Assembly: GCA_018003655.1 (NCBI GenBank)
Contig: JAGNDY010000003.1
Span: 4,728 to 68,727 of the forward strand
Reading direction: 5' to 3'
DNA: 64,000 nt
Source of the DNA: Candidatus Nanopelagicales bacterium
GTDB lineage: Bacteria > Actinomycetota > Actinomycetes > S36-B12 > UBA10799
Below, piece by piece: positions 47,403 through 57,886 of this stretch (the first letter of the stretch is position 1; each line of letters opens with the position of its first letter). The notes under the pieces are model-generated. The model saw only the letters and a program-made list of their open reading frames with translations. It was not told the DNA's origin and searched no databases. The position numbers and the translations under genes are program-made.

Positions 47403-48577
47403 CGTCAGTCGAGGACTTGCCAATCCGCGATGAACTGCGTGACGTCCAGGCATACGGTGCGCCGCAGCTCGACGTCACGGTCAGGCTCAATACCAACGAG
47501 AACCCCCACCCACCTGGTCCGGAGGTCGTCACGGCAATCACCGATGCGATTGCCGGTGTCGCGGGCACACTGCAGCGCTACCCGGACCGGGACGCGGTCG
47601 CACTGCGAACTGCGCTCGCCGACTACCTGACTGAGCAGACCGGGGTTCTGCGAACTCCGGCGCAACTGTGGGCGGCCAACGGAAGCAACGAGATCCTCCA
47701 GCAACTTATGCAGCTATTTGCCGGTCCAGGTCGGCGGGTGTTGGGATTCGAGCCCGGCTACTCCATGCATCCCTTGATTGCCCGCGGCACCGGCAGCGCG
47801 TACACCGGAGTTGCCCGGGCGCCTGACTTCAGCGTCGACGTCGATACCGCCATCGCTGCGGTGCGGGAGTTGCGACCAGACGTTGTGGTTGTGTGCTCGC
47901 CCAACAACCCCACCGGCACCGCCGCCGATCTTGCCGTGGTGGAGACGCTGTACGACGTCCTCGCGGAAACCGCAAGTGGCGTCCTGGTGGTCGATGAGGC
48001 GTACGCCGAGTTCAGCGATCGATCGAGCGCTATCACTTTGCTGGCGGGTCGACCACGGTTGATCGTGACCCGCACGATGAGTAAGGCCTTCGCGTTCGCG
48101 GGTGCCCGCGTTGGTTACCTCACCGCCGATGCTGCCGTCGTCGAGGCGATTGGCCGTGTTCGGTTGCCGTATCATCTGTCCGCCCTGACCCAAGCGGCGG
48201 CCACGGCCGCACTCGAACACGCCGCAACCCTGCAAGCGGCTGTCAACGACCTGAAGGTTCAGCGCGACCGAATAGTGGCCCAATGTGGACAGTTTGGTTG
48301 CCGAGTTGCCGACAGCGACGCGAACTTCGTGCTTATCGGGGGGTTTGCCGATCAAGGTCAGGTCTGGCGCCACCTCGTCGATGCGCAGGTCTTGGTGCGC
48401 GACGTCGGCCTGCCGGGGTGGCTGCGGGTCACTGCGGGTACGCAGGAGGAAACCACCGCGTTCCTTGATGCACTATCTGCAATCCTGGAAGTCGAACCGG
48501 AGCTACTTTCCCAGAAATTCGCCACGACCGAGACAGCGCCAGCATCGCGCACACCCAACAAAGAGGAGACGGCATGA
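47399..48577 (+). CDS. hisC: histidinol-phosphate aminotransferase
   Basis: [10 protein letters not shown] and PLP-Lys region [19 protein letters not shown] 47399 overlaps the hisD stop (GTGA). Confidence 0.9.
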   Translation: MTSVEDLPIRDELRDVQAYGAPQLDVTVRLNTNENPHPPGPEVVTAITDAIAGVAGTLQRYPDRDAVALRTALADYLTEQTGVLRTPAQLWAANGSNEILQQLMQLFAGPGRRVLGFEPGYSMHPLIARGTGSAYTGVARAPDFSVDVDTAIAAVRELRPDVVVVCSPNNPTGTAADLAVVETLYDVLAETASGVLVVDEAYAEFSDRSSAITLLAGRPRLIVTRTMSKAFAFAGARVGYLTADAAVVEAIGRVRLPYHLSALTQAAATAALEHAATLQAAVNDLKVQRDRIVAQCGQFGCRVADSDANFVLIGGFADQGQVWRHLVDAQVLVRDVGLPGWLRVTAGTQEETTAFLDALSAILEVEPELLSQKFATTETAPASRTPNKEETA

Positions 48578-49161
48578 GCCGCACAGCTGTGATTGCCAGG
48601 GAGACCAAGGAGAGCAACGTCCTTGTTGAGCTGAACCTCGATGGCACCGGTCTGGTGGAAATCAGCACCGGTGTGCCGTTCTACGACCACATGCTCAGTC
48701 AGTTGGGAAAGCACAGCGGGATCGACCTCAAAGTCTTGACCAAAGGCGATCTGGAGGTGGATGCGCATCACACTGTTGAGGACACGGCCTTAGCCCTCGG
48801 TGCGGCACTTCGAGAAGCCCTCGGTGACAAGGCGGGGATCCGCAGATTCGGCGATTCGCTGGTGCCACTCGATGAGGCACTCGTTCAGTCGGCGGTCGAC
48901 CTGTCGGGTCGGCCCTACGTCGTACACGAAGAGCCGGAACTCATCGAGCTCATCGGCACCTATGACACGACACTGACCCGCCACATCTGGGAGTCGCTGG
49001 CGGCATCGGCACAGATCTGCCTGCACGTGCGGGTCATCACCGGCCGCAATGCCCACCACATCGTCGAGGCGCAGTTCAAGTCGGTGGCCCGGTCGCTGCG
49101 CGATGCAATTGCGTTGGACGCCAGCGTCACCGGAATTCCCTCGACAAAGGGCACCCTGTGA
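48574..49161 (+). CDS. hisB: imidazoleglycerol-phosphate dehydratase
   Basis: [22 protein letters not shown] and [19 protein letters not shown]; ATGA overlap with hisC. Confidence 0.93.
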   Translation: MSRTAVIARETKESNVLVELNLDGTGLVEISTGVPFYDHMLSQLGKHSGIDLKVLTKGDLEVDAHHTVEDTALALGAALREALGDKAGIRRFGDSLVPLDEALVQSAVDLSGRPYVVHEEPELIELIGTYDTTLTRHIWESLAASAQICLHVRVITGRNAHHIVEAQFKSVARSLRDAIALDASVTGIPSTKGTL

Positions 49162-49200
49162 CCATGCGTAGCCGTGCGTCAGCACCGTGGCAGGTGACCT

Positions 49201-49356
49201 GTGGCTAGCTGGGTCCCGATCGCGATGCTGGTTTTGGCCGGATTCTTCGTTGGCGGGCTGATCTCGTTTGTGCGATCCAAGTCAGTCGTCGGATCTGTGG
49301 TTACCGGAATAGCCGCGATCCTGTGCGGGTTCGCCGCTTACTCGTGGTGGCAATGA
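49201..49356 (+). CDS. small two-TM membrane protein (51 aa), absent from the ORF track
   Basis: My translation from GTG 49201 is [51 protein letters not shown]. Third-position GC is about 73%. An in-frame TGA lies 4 nt upstream of the GTG. The stop overlaps the hisH ATG (ATGA). Confidence 0.45.
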   Translation: MASWVPIAMLVLAGFFVGGLISFVRSKSVVGSVVTGIAAILCGFAAYSWWQ

Positions 49357-49991
49357 AACAGCCGCGATTGGTGGTTCTGGACTACGGATCTGGGAACCTT
49401 CGGTCAGCGCAACGTGCCCTTGAACACGTTGGAGCACAGGTAGAAGTCTCGGCAGACCCGGACGCGGCAGTCAATGCCGACGGTCTCGTCGTTCCCGGTG
49501 TGGGCGCGTTTGAGGCATGCATGCTCGGGTTGCAGAAGGTAGACGGCCCACGAATCATCGATCGACGACTCTCCGGTGGCCGACCGGTGCTTGGTATCTG
49601 CGTCGGCATGCAGGTTCTGTTCGAACACGGGGTTGAGCACGGTGTCAACACCGTTGGGTGCGGCCAGTGGCCGGGTGTGGTGGACCGATTGGACGCTCCC
49701 GTACTCCCGCACATCGGGTGGAACACAGTCGACGTTCCTGCGGGTTCGACGTTGTTTGCCGGAATCGAATCGCAGCGCTTCTACTTCGTTCACTCATATG
49801 CAGCGAGAAAGTGGGAACTCGATACCGAGGGATCACCAACCAGGCCGCCGCTGATCACCTGGGCCAACCATGGCGAACCATTCATCGCCGCAGTCGAAAA
49901 CGGTCCACTGTCCGCGACGCAGTTCCACCCGGAGAAGTCCGGAGACGCGGGTCTGGCGCTGCTGGGCAACTGGGTGAAAAACCTGATGTGA
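49353..49991 (+). CDS. hisH: imidazole glycerol phosphate synthase, glutamine amidotransferase subunit
   Basis: [13 protein letters not shown], catalytic Cys in [10 protein letters not shown], and QFHPEKSG. Confidence 0.92.
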   Translation: MKQPRLVVLDYGSGNLRSAQRALEHVGAQVEVSADPDAAVNADGLVVPGVGAFEACMLGLQKVDGPRIIDRRLSGGRPVLGICVGMQVLFEHGVEHGVNTVGCGQWPGVVDRLDAPVLPHIGWNTVDVPAGSTLFAGIESQRFYFVHSYAARKWELDTEGSPTRPPLITWANHGEPFIAAVENGPLSATQFHPEKSGDAGLALLGNWVKNLM

Positions 49992-50025
49992 CGGTGGCAC
50001 CGTCAGTTGGCGTAAGGTCGCGGTC

Positions 50026-50781
50026 GTGACAATTCAACTACTCCCAGCCGTTGACGTGGCCGACGGCAAAGCCGTCCGACTGTTTCAAGGTGAGGCCGGC
50101 TCGGCCACCGACTACGGCGATCCGCTCGCGGCAGCCTTGGCCTGGCAAGAGCAAGGCGCCGAGTGGGTTCATCTCGTTGACCTTGACGCGGCCTTCGGCC
50201 GTGGCTCGAACAGCGAACTGCTGGCCCGGATTGTCGGCGCGTTGGACATCGACGTAGAACTGTCCGGTGGCATTCGCGACGACGAGTCCCTGGCGGCAGC
50301 CCTGGCGACGGGCTGCATGCGGATCAATATCGGCACCGCCGCGTTGGAGAACCCGGACTGGTGTGGCCGAGCGATTGCCCACCATGGCGATCAGATCGCC
50401 ATCGGCCTTGATGTGCGAGGCACGACTCTTGCGGCGCGCGGCTGGGTTCAGGAAGGCGGCGAGTTGTACGAGACGCTAGCCAGGCTGGAGCAGGACGGCT
50501 GTGCGCGGTACGTCGTGACCGACGTCGAGAAGGACGGCACGCTCAAGGGTCCGAACCTGCACCTGTTGCGCGAGGTCTGCAAGCGCACTGATAAGCCGGT
50601 GGTCGCCAGCGGTGGTGTGTCGTCACTGGAGGACATCCACGAGCTAGCTGGCCTTGAGCACCTCGGCGTCGAAGGAATCATCATCGGCAAGGCCCTGTAC
50701 TCGGGGGCGTTCAGTTTGCCTGAGGCGCTCGCCTCGGTTGCGCCCCGGCTCGACTTCATTGATCCGAATTTGGCGCAATAG
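50026..50781 (+). CDS. hisA: HisA-family phosphoribosyl isomerase (possibly bifunctional PriA type)
   Basis: [40 protein letters not shown] and [11 protein letters not shown]. Confidence 0.9.
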   Translation: MTIQLLPAVDVADGKAVRLFQGEAGSATDYGDPLAAALAWQEQGAEWVHLVDLDAAFGRGSNSELLARIVGALDIDVELSGGIRDDESLAAALATGCMRINIGTAALENPDWCGRAIAHHGDQIAIGLDVRGTTLAARGWVQEGGELYETLARLEQDGCARYVVTDVEKDGTLKGPNLHLLREVCKRTDKPVVASGGVSSLEDIHELAGLEHLGVEGIIIGKALYSGAFSLPEALASVAPRLDFIDPNLAQ

Positions 50782-50823
50782 CCAGCACCTCACCCAACCG
50801 TGCGGACCGACTAGCCTGTGGGC

Positions 50824-51594
50824 ATGCCGGTCGCCGTGAGAGTCATTCCATGCTTGGACGTCGACGCCGGCAGGGTGGTCAAGGGTGTGAATTTCACTGA
50901 CCTGCGGGACGCCGGCGATCCGGTGGAACTTGCTCGGGCTTACAACGAGGCAGGTGCCGACGAGCTGGTATTCCTTGACATCACCGCAAGCAGTTCAGAT
51001 CGTTCGACCACCTACGACGTTGTCCGGCGCACGGCCGAGGAGGTCTTTATCCCGTTGACGGTGGGCGGGGGCGTCCGGACGGTGGCGGACATCGACCGGC
51101 TACTGCGGGCCGGAGCCGACAAGGTCGGGGTCAACACCGCAGCTATTGACCGACCCGAATTCCTCACGGAGGCTGCGACGCAATTCGGTTCTCAATGCGT
51201 CGTGTTGTCCGTCGATGCCCGCCGCTGTCCGCCGGGGACGGTGACTGAGTCGGGTTTCGAGGTGACAACCCATGGCGGGCGGAAGGGGACTGGAATCGAC
51301 GCAGTCGAATGGGCGGCCGAAGGTGCCCGGCGGGGAGCTGGTGAGATTCTGTTGAACTCGATGGATGCCGATGGCACCCGAGACGGCTTCGACATCGATC
51401 TCATCGAGCGGGTGCGTGCTGTGGTGGTGGTGCCCGTCATCGCCAGCGGTGGGGCGGGCAAGTGCGCCGACTTCCCACCCGCGGTGGCTGCGGGTGCCGA
51501 CGCTGTTTTGGCGGCCAGCGTGTTCCATTTTGGGACGCTACGCATTGCCGACGTGAAGCACGAGCTTGCCGCCGGCGGTTACGCCGTCCGTTGA
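50824..51594 (+). CDS. hisF: imidazole glycerol phosphate synthase, cyclase subunit
   Basis: [27 protein letters not shown] and IASGGAG. I chose ATG 50824; a GTG at 50818 is also possible. Confidence 0.93.
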   Translation: MPVAVRVIPCLDVDAGRVVKGVNFTDLRDAGDPVELARAYNEAGADELVFLDITASSSDRSTTYDVVRRTAEEVFIPLTVGGGVRTVADIDRLLRAGADKVGVNTAAIDRPEFLTEAATQFGSQCVVLSVDARRCPPGTVTESGFEVTTHGGRKGTGIDAVEWAAEGARRGAGEILLNSMDADGTRDGFDIDLIERVRAVVVVPVIASGGAGKCADFPPAVAAGADAVLAASVFHFGTLRIADVKHELAAGGYAVR

Positions 51595-51600
51595 GCGAGT

Positions 51601-52245
51601 TCAGATCGACAGGTCTGCGTCGCGCAGCGCCGCGACCGCTTCTGGGCTTCCCTCGATGTGAACCTGGGACTGCTCTTTGCGGCCGTAGCAGTACAGCAGC
51701 AGTTCGGCGGCCGGCCCACTGATCACGACGCGGGGACTGCCGCTGCGGGCGTTGACTTCGCCCCCGTCACCGTCGGTGCGGTGCAGGACGACCCCGATCG
51801 GCACCCGCCGGAGCAAGCCTTTGCCGCGCGCTTTGCAGATTCCCCACAGTGAGTCGGCGAACTTCGGTGGTAGGTCGCGGGGCTGCCAGTCGTCTCCGGC
51901 CCGACGGACATCTTCGAGGTGAACGAAGAACTCGCCGGTGTTCGCCAGCGCATCGGCCTTGGGAAGGGAGAACGGCGAGAAGCGGGGTGGACCGTTTCGG
52001 ACCGATTCGATCAGTTCTGGCCACGGGCGCGACGCGATCGAGTTCTGCGTGCGGTCTGTCCAGCCGGCCAGCGGCTTGATAACGATGCCCAACGCTGCAT
52101 CCGGTCGCGACTCTCGAAGAACCAAGTGGGCGGCAAGGTCGGAGGTAGTCCAGTCCCCACACAACGTCGGGGCGTCGGGACCGACCTCCTCGAACAGATC
52201 GCTCAGCTGTTGACGTTCGGACTGGGCCCAGGAAGTGGTAGTCAC
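51601..52245 (-). CDS. DinB/MDMPI-like metal-binding protein (TIGR03085-like)
   Basis: The N-terminus ERQQLSDLFEEVGPDAPTLCGDWTTSDLAAHLVLRE resembles the mycothiol maleylpyruvate isomerase N-terminal domain family. Confidence 0.6.
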   Translation of the reverse strand: MTTTSWAQSERQQLSDLFEEVGPDAPTLCGDWTTSDLAAHLVLRESRPDAALGIVIKPLAGWTDRTQNSIASRPWPELIESVRNGPPRFSPFSLPKADALANTGEFFVHLEDVRRAGDDWQPRDLPPKFADSLWGICKARGKGLLRRVPIGVVLHRTDGDGGEVNARSGSPRVVISGPAAELLLYCYGRKEQSQVHIEGSPEAVAALRDADLSI

Positions 52246-52301
52246 AAATCACCACCCTACGCGGGTAACTCCCGCGCCGACCACGGCGCACACCCGGCAC
52301 A

Positions 52302-52691
52302 ATGGCAACCATGACCAGGGATCCCGCCGCAGAACTGCTGCGCCAACTAGCGCCCAACGACGATGGATTGGTCCCGGCAATCGCGCAGCAGTGGGACACG
52401 GGAGAGGTCTTGATGCTGGCGTGGATGGATTCCGAGGCACTTCGCCGCACGCTGGCGACCGGTCGCGCCACCTTTTGGTCTCGCAGCCGCAGTGAGTACT
52501 GGCGCAAGGGTGACACCTCCGGCCATGTCCAGCACGTTCGTCGAGTGCAACTCGACTGCGACGGCGACGCGCTCTTGCTCAGCGTCGACCAGGTCGGTCC
52601 GGCCTGTCACACGGGCCTGCGCAGTTGCTTTGAGACGGCGCACATTGATCTCGCGAGTAGGGCTGAGGAGTCCGCGGGGGACCAGCTGTGA
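52302..52691 (+). CDS. hisI: phosphoribosyl-AMP cyclohydrolase
   Basis: [43 protein letters not shown] and DCDGDALL. Confidence 0.9.
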   Translation: MATMTRDPAAELLRQLAPNDDGLVPAIAQQWDTGEVLMLAWMDSEALRRTLATGRATFWSRSRSEYWRKGDTSGHVQHVRRVQLDCDGDALLLSVDQVGPACHTGLRSCFETAHIDLASRAEESAGDQL

Positions 52692-54364
52692 CACCGGCAG
52701 AGGGTCAGCCCGAAGCAACCGGCGATGACCAAGTCTACGCCCGGTTGGCACAAGTCCCCGACGGCACGACTGTGCCGAACCGGGCGGCGGTCGGTCGGTT
52801 GGCCAAGGATCGGCGAGTAGTCCCCATCGTCCGTCGGTTGTTGGCCGACGGGGAGACTCCCGTCGGTTTGTACCGCAAACTGGCCGCTGATCGGCCTGGC
52901 ACCTACTTGCTCGAGTCTGCCGAACACGGTGGAGTGTGGTCGCGGTACTCCTTTGTCGGCGTTCGTTGTTCGGCAATGCTGACTGAAGTCGATGGGCGAC
53001 CGGTATGGATCGGTGATGTGCCCGTAGCGGTGGGAAGCACCCCCGGCGGTATGACTGCACTGGAAGTCATGCGCGACACGTTGGCCGCCTTGCACTCACC
53101 GAGACTGGCCGGTCTACCGCCGCTGACGAGCGGTCTGGTGGGAATGATCGGCTACGACGCGGTCCGGCGCTGGGAGCGGTTACCGGAGTTGACGGAGGAT
53201 GATCTGGGGTTGCCCGAGGTCGCGATGCTGGTCGCATCGGACCTTGCGGTACTTGATCACTACGACGGCTCTGTGTTGTTGATTGCCAATGTGGTGCTCG
53301 GCGAGGCTGACACGAGCGCAACTGAGCTGAACCTGCTCTACGACGATGCCGTCGCGCGTATCGACGCAATGGCTTGCCGCCTGCAACAACCGGTCGCGAC
53401 GCCTGCCTGGACGTTCGACGGTTCGGTGGAGCCGGACTTCCAGGCGATGACGCAACCGGAGCAGTACTACGAGAAAGTGGAAGCGGCGCGGGAACATATT
53501 CGGGCGGGCGACGCCTTTCAAGTTGTTGTCTCACAGCGGTTCCAGACCCCGACCACAGCGGATGCGTTGGATATCTACCGCATCCTGCGGATCAGCAATC
53601 CGAGTCCGTACATGTACCTGATCCGGTTCCCGGCAGCGCTGGGCGACTCCGTACCCACCAACGGCGGGACCGCGCAAGGTGGATCCGACCCGCACCGTCC
53701 TGGACTGGGTGATGCGACTGCGTTCTCAGTGGTCGGATCGAGCCCTGAAGCGTTGGTCAAATTGGACGACGGTCGAGCCATGATGCACCCCATCGCTGGC
53801 AGCCGACCCCGGGGAGCGACGCCTGAGCGTGACGCTGAACTTGCCGACGAGTTGCTCGCCGACGACAAGGAACGCGCCGAGCATTTGATGTTGGTTGACC
53901 TCGGGCGAAATGACGTCGGAAGAGTGAGCCAACCGGGCTCAGTTGAGGTCGTCGAATTCATGGAAGTCGAGCGCTACTCCCACATCATGCACATCGTTTC
54001 GACCGTTGTGGGCCAGTTGTCCGCTGGGAAGACCGCCTACGACTTACTCGCCGCGACCTTTCCAGCGGGGACGTTGTCCGGGGCTCCCAAGCCACGAGCG
54101 ATGGAGATCATCGAGGACCTTGAGTCCACCCGTCGTGGCCTGTACGGGGGAGTTGTGGGCTATCTCGATTTCGCCGGCGACATGGACACTGCGATCGCGA
54201 TTCGGACTGCTGTTCTGCGCGACGGGATGGCCTATGTCCAAGCGGGCGCAGGACTGGTGGCCGACTCAGATCCGGTCACCGAAGAGCAGGAATGCCGCAA
54301 CAAGGCCGCAGCTGTTCTGCGTGCAATCGCAATGGCGCAGACAATGCGGGAGGCGACCTCGTGA
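52688..54364 (+). CDS. trpE: anthranilate synthase component I
   Basis: [25 protein letters not shown] and [19 protein letters not shown] overlap with hisI, so there is no room for a leader peptide. Confidence 0.92.
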   Translation: MTPAEGQPEATGDDQVYARLAQVPDGTTVPNRAAVGRLAKDRRVVPIVRRLLADGETPVGLYRKLAADRPGTYLLESAEHGGVWSRYSFVGVRCSAMLTEVDGRPVWIGDVPVAVGSTPGGMTALEVMRDTLAALHSPRLAGLPPLTSGLVGMIGYDAVRRWERLPELTEDDLGLPEVAMLVASDLAVLDHYDGSVLLIANVVLGEADTSATELNLLYDDAVARIDAMACRLQQPVATPAWTFDGSVEPDFQAMTQPEQYYEKVEAAREHIRAGDAFQVVVSQRFQTPTTADALDIYRILRISNPSPYMYLIRFPAALGDSVPTNGGTAQGGSDPHRPGLGDATAFSVVGSSPEALVKLDDGRAMMHPIAGSRPRGATPERDAELADELLADDKERAEHLMLVDLGRNDVGRVSQPGSVEVVEFMEVERYSHIMHIVSTVVGQLSAGKTAYDLLAATFPAGTLSGAPKPRAMEIIEDLESTRRGLYGGVVGYLDFAGDMDTAIAIRTAVLRDGMAYVQAGAGLVADSDPVTEEQECRNKAAAVLRAIAMAQTMREATS

Positions 54365-55038
54365 GCAAACCCGATTCCGTTGAACCGGTCGCGGGGTTCA
54401 GTCAGGACGCTGATTCAACCGCGCGTTCCAAGCGGATGTACCCGTTGGTATTGATGTGTCTGCTGTTGTCGGCTGGGATCAGCGTGTGGGCCCTGCAGCG
54501 GACCTGGGTTACTGCCTCGGTAACAGAACCAGGGCTACCGGTGGACAGTGAGACCGCCACCGGATCAAGCCTCTATCCCGCCTCGTTGGCCGGTGCTTGG
54601 TTGGCTCTGGCGTGTGTGGTCGCGATCGTGGCGGCTCGCGGGCGGTGGCGTTCCGTGGTGGGGGTCGTGGTGGTGTTGGCGGCGGTGGCAACCATGGTCT
54701 CTGCGGTTGCGTTCCCACTGACCGCTGATGTCGAGTTCGCCTCCGCAAGTCTGAGCTCTCGGCCTAACCTGCAGGTGACTACCGGCAAGTGGTGGATCTT
54801 GACGGGCATCTGCGCGCTAGTGATCTTCGCTTGCGGGCTCGCCGTACTTCGGTGGTCAGGCCAGTGGCGCTCGTTGTCGGCTCGCCAAGCTGGGACCGCC
54901 ACTGTCGAACTCAGCGACTGGGAGAAGCTCGATCGTGGGGTGGACCCGACTGCACCGGCCGATCACGACGCTCGGGACGCTGCGAGCCGTGACGAGCCCG
55001 TTAAGCGCTCCAATTCGGTAGCTAACGAGGACAACTGA
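54361..55038 (+). CDS. Trp-operon-associated membrane protein (Rv1610/TIGR02234-like)
   Basis: Four TM helices. It sits immediately after trpE, as in mycobacteria and Streptomyces. GTG 54361 overlaps the trpE stop (GTGA). Confidence 0.55.
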   Translation: MSKPDSVEPVAGFSQDADSTARSKRMYPLVLMCLLLSAGISVWALQRTWVTASVTEPGLPVDSETATGSSLYPASLAGAWLALACVVAIVAARGRWRSVVGVVVVLAAVATMVSAVAFPLTADVEFASASLSSRPNLQVTTGKWWILTGICALVIFACGLAVLRWSGQWRSLSARQAGTATVELSDWEKLDRGVDPTAPADHDARDAASRDEPVKRSNSVANEDN

Positions 55039-55129
55039 GCTTGACCTGCCACAATGGCGCGCAACACGTCAGTATGTACGTCGGCGCGCGCTAGAGTCCG
55101 GGCACCGATTGTTCTCAAGGAGGCACCGA

Positions 55130-55360
55130 ATGGCTCATATCGAACCCAGGGATGAAGAAGGCCAGACACCGGCCGCCTGGACTGCTGTGACGATCATGCT
55201 TTTTGCGTTCGTTGTGGGGACCTTCGGCGTTGTGATCGGTCAAATCTGGGTCATGTGGCTCGGTGTCGGCATCCTGATCCTTGGCGGTGTTGTCGGCAAG
55301 GTCATGGGCATGATGGGTATGGGGCAGTACCCACGCGGCAAACAGGAAGCTGCATCCTGA
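55130..55360 (+). CDS. small two-TM protein, HGxxPAAW-family-like
   Basis: MAHIEPRDEEGQTPAAWTAVTIMLFAFVVG... contains the xGxTPAAW motif. It has a strong RBS, AAGGAGG, 7 nt upstream of ATG 55130. Confidence 0.55.
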   Translation: MAHIEPRDEEGQTPAAWTAVTIMLFAFVVGTFGVVIGQIWVMWLGVGILILGGVVGKVMGMMGMGQYPRGKQEAAS

Positions 55361-55399
55361 GACTGGCTCACGGGCCGATACAGGGTCGGGTGATCACCG

Positions 55400-56113
55400 G
55401 TGAGTGAACCCGCCCGGGGACTCGTCGTTGTTGTGGAGGACGAGCCGAGCATCGCCGAGCTGCTTCGGTTGTACCTCGCCAGAGAAGGGTTCGGCGTGCA
55501 TGTCGAGGTGGACGGGCAAGCGGGCTACGACGCTATCGTCAAGAATCGGCCGGTAGCGGCTGTCCTCGATGTGGGTCTTCCCTCACTGTCAGGAACCGAA
55601 ATCTGTCGTCAACTTCGGGCTGCTGACGATTGGACTCCGGTCCTGTTTTGCACGGCCCGTGACGACGAGATCGACCGCGTGATCGGGCTGGAGATGGGGG
55701 CCGATGACTACATCACCAAGCCGTTCAGCCCGAGAGAAGTCGTCGCCCGTGTCAAAGCTGTTGTCCGCCGGGCAGCGGGGCAAACCGGCCAGAGTGACGT
55801 GCTCAGGCTCGCGGACATAGAAGTTGACCGGGGGTCGCGTCGCGCCACGGTCGGTGGTCAGGACCTCTCCTTGACACCCACCGAATTCGACTTGTTGGCA
55901 CATCTGGTTGCTCGGCCTGGGCGAGTGTTCAGTCGTGAGCAACTACTCAGTGAGGTGTGGGGTTACTCCAGCGTTGTCAGCTCGCGGACAGTCGACGTGC
56001 ATGTCGCCCAACTCCGAGCCAAGCTGGGCGATTCCGAGATCATCCGCACGGTGAGGGGAATTGGGTACTCGGTCGAAGCACCCGGACGTGACGACGCTTC
56101 GTCGCCCGAGTAA
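55400..56113 (+). CDS. OmpR/PhoB-family response regulator
   Basis: Receiver domain (VVVEDEPSIAELL, LDVGLPSLSG, KPFSPREV) plus a winged-helix domain (LTPTEFDLLAHL, RTVDVHVAQLRAKL, RTVRGIGY). Confidence 0.9.
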   Translation: MSEPARGLVVVVEDEPSIAELLRLYLAREGFGVHVEVDGQAGYDAIVKNRPVAAVLDVGLPSLSGTEICRQLRAADDWTPVLFCTARDDEIDRVIGLEMGADDYITKPFSPREVVARVKAVVRRAAGQTGQSDVLRLADIEVDRGSRRATVGGQDLSLTPTEFDLLAHLVARPGRVFSREQLLSEVWGYSSVVSSRTVDVHVAQLRAKLGDSEIIRTVRGIGYSVEAPGRDDASSPE

Positions 56114-56124
56114 CGGGAGTCTGT

Positions 56125-57588
56125 GTGCCTAGCGCAACGCCGCTGTCGAGCACCAAGGCCACAGTCTCGGCCGTGACAGCTCGTGCCAGGGGCCTGTCGC
56201 TGGCAGTTCGGATCGCCCTGGTCACCGTGGCATCAGCCGTTCTGGCGGTGATGGTTGCCGGTGCGGTGTCGTACCCGTTGGCGCGCAGTGCGAGTCAGCA
56301 GGAGTCGCAGAACCGGTTGGAACAACTCACCAACGCAACGGTGGCGGCGGTGGACCGTCGACCACTGCCCTCCGGCGATCTCTTCCCGGCCCGGCTGGTT
56401 CAGGTTCTGCGGTCTGAGGACATCTCCGTTTACTACGTCAACCCGGGTGGTCAGTTGCCGGAGTTCTTCACCGCTGCTGATGCGGCGGCCCTAGCCAATG
56501 GGCAGGAGATTCAGGGCGAACGCGAAAGCAGCGAAGGTCAGGTGCTCGTGTCCGCCCGCAAACTGAGTACGGGCGGTGCCATTGTGCTGACTCAGCCGGT
56601 GACCGTCACCGGTCGCTTCGCTTTCGCTGTGATCGGCCGGTTCGCGGTGGCGCTGGCGATCGGCGTCGCTATCGCGGCGGCCTTCGGCCTGTTGCTCGCG
56701 CGCAGGTTGACGCGTTCGCTACGCGATGCCGCCGACGCCGCCAAGCGTCTTGGCCAAGGCGAGCGAGATGTGCAACTGAGCGTTGAGGGTCCGGCTGAGA
56801 TCGCGGAACTAGCAGAAGCGTTGAACCAACTCAGGCAGGCGTTGACGGTATCCGAGGGCAGGCAACGTGAGTTTCTACTTTCGGTCTCGCACGAACTCCG
56901 CACACCACTGACGGCAATTCGGGGTTACGCCGAGGCGCTCAACGACGGCATAGTTCCACCCGCCGACGCGCCGCGGACCGGCGGGATCATGCAGTCGGAG
57001 GCCGATCGCCTCGACGCGATCGTGACGGACCTGCTGCAGCTTGCCCGGCTGGACGCATTCGACTTTCCCGTGGCGCCAGCAGCGGTCGACTTCGGCGAGA
57101 TAGGCAAGCAGGCAGTCCAGGTCTGGGCAGATCGCTGCGCGGCCGAGGGTCTTCGCCTGGAGTCAGAACTCGGTGCTGATGAACTCGTTGGCTACACCGA
57201 TCCCATTCGAGTGCGCCAGATCATCGACAACCTGTGTGCCAACGCTCTGCGGGTAACGCCGCAGGGTGGCGTGATCGCGTTGACAGTTCGGTCGGACCGG
57301 CCTGACCAGGTCACCGTCGAGGTCCGCGACAGCGGTCCGGGACTGACACCGGATGACTGCGTTGTTGCCTTTGAACCGGCCGAGCTGTACACCCGCTACC
57401 GCGGCGTCCGGCAGGTGGGAACGGGTGTCGGGCTCGCACTTGTTGGCCGGCTCAGCCGGAGACTGGGTGGAACGGCGTCAGCAGGATCCGCCGCCGAAGG
57501 GGGAGCGCGGTTCACGATTACGGTCGCGCGATACCTGCAGGATCCCAACCCGGCAAGTCGCAATCCGCCGCATGTGAATGCGACATAG
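56125..57588 (+). CDS. sensor histidine kinase (two TM, HAMP, HisKA, HATPase_c)
   Basis: H-box SHELRTPLTAIRGYAEAL, N-box IIDNLCANALR, G1 DSGPGL and G2 GTGVGLALV. An extracytoplasmic segment of about 140 aa lies between the two TM helices. Confidence 0.9.
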   Translation: MPSATPLSSTKATVSAVTARARGLSLAVRIALVTVASAVLAVMVAGAVSYPLARSASQQESQNRLEQLTNATVAAVDRRPLPSGDLFPARLVQVLRSEDISVYYVNPGGQLPEFFTAADAAALANGQEIQGERESSEGQVLVSARKLSTGGAIVLTQPVTVTGRFAFAVIGRFAVALAIGVAIAAAFGLLLARRLTRSLRDAADAAKRLGQGERDVQLSVEGPAEIAELAEALNQLRQALTVSEGRQREFLLSVSHELRTPLTAIRGYAEALNDGIVPPADAPRTGGIMQSEADRLDAIVTDLLQLARLDAFDFPVAPAAVDFGEIGKQAVQVWADRCAAEGLRLESELGADELVGYTDPIRVRQIIDNLCANALRVTPQGGVIALTVRSDRPDQVTVEVRDSGPGLTPDDCVVAFEPAELYTRYRGVRQVGTGVGLALVGRLSRRLGGTASAGSAAEGGARFTITVARYLQDPNPASRNPPHVNAT

Positions 57589-57598
57589 GGTCTGACGT

Positions 57599-57886
57599 GT
57601 GACATTGGGGCAAACCGTCGAACCTGGTCCGCGGGTAGCCAGCTCCTGGCTTGCCCCGGCGGTCGTCGCGACGTTGTGTTTGTTCCCACCGACCGGAGTC
57701 GTCGCGGTGTACTTCGCAGCCCAGGTACGCCCGCTCTGGGCCGCCGGGGATAGGCGTGCGGCAAACACGGCGGCCCGCCGTGCGCGAGCGTGGACACTAC
57801 TGAGCATTTTCCTTTGGGTGGTATTCATGGCTATCTTGGTCGCTACGGGTCGACTCGGACGGTTGTTGGAGGCAGGTGTCGTATGA
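57599..57886 (+). CDS. CD225/dispanin-family small membrane protein
   Basis: WLAPAVVATLCLFPPTGVVAVYFAAQV followed by a basic loop and a second TM. GTG start 10 nt after the kinase stop. Confidence 0.65.
   Translation: MTLGQTVEPGPRVASSWLAPAVVATLCLFPPTGVVAVYFAAQVRPLWAAGDRRAANTAARRARAWTLLSIFLWVVFMAILVATGRLGRLLEAGVV

Noticed and set aside
52640-52700. Trp leader peptide or attenuator upstream of trpE
   Set aside because: The hisI stop and the trpE start overlap (GTGA at 52688-52691), so there is no room for a leader ORF or terminator.
53620-53730. Roughly 25-30 aa Gly/Pro-rich insertion in TrpE between the NPSPYMYL and GSSPEALV motifs, as a possible domain insertion
   Set aside because: It is short, low-complexity and in frame. 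Surface-loop length variation at this position is plausible, and without an alignment I cannot show that it is unusual.
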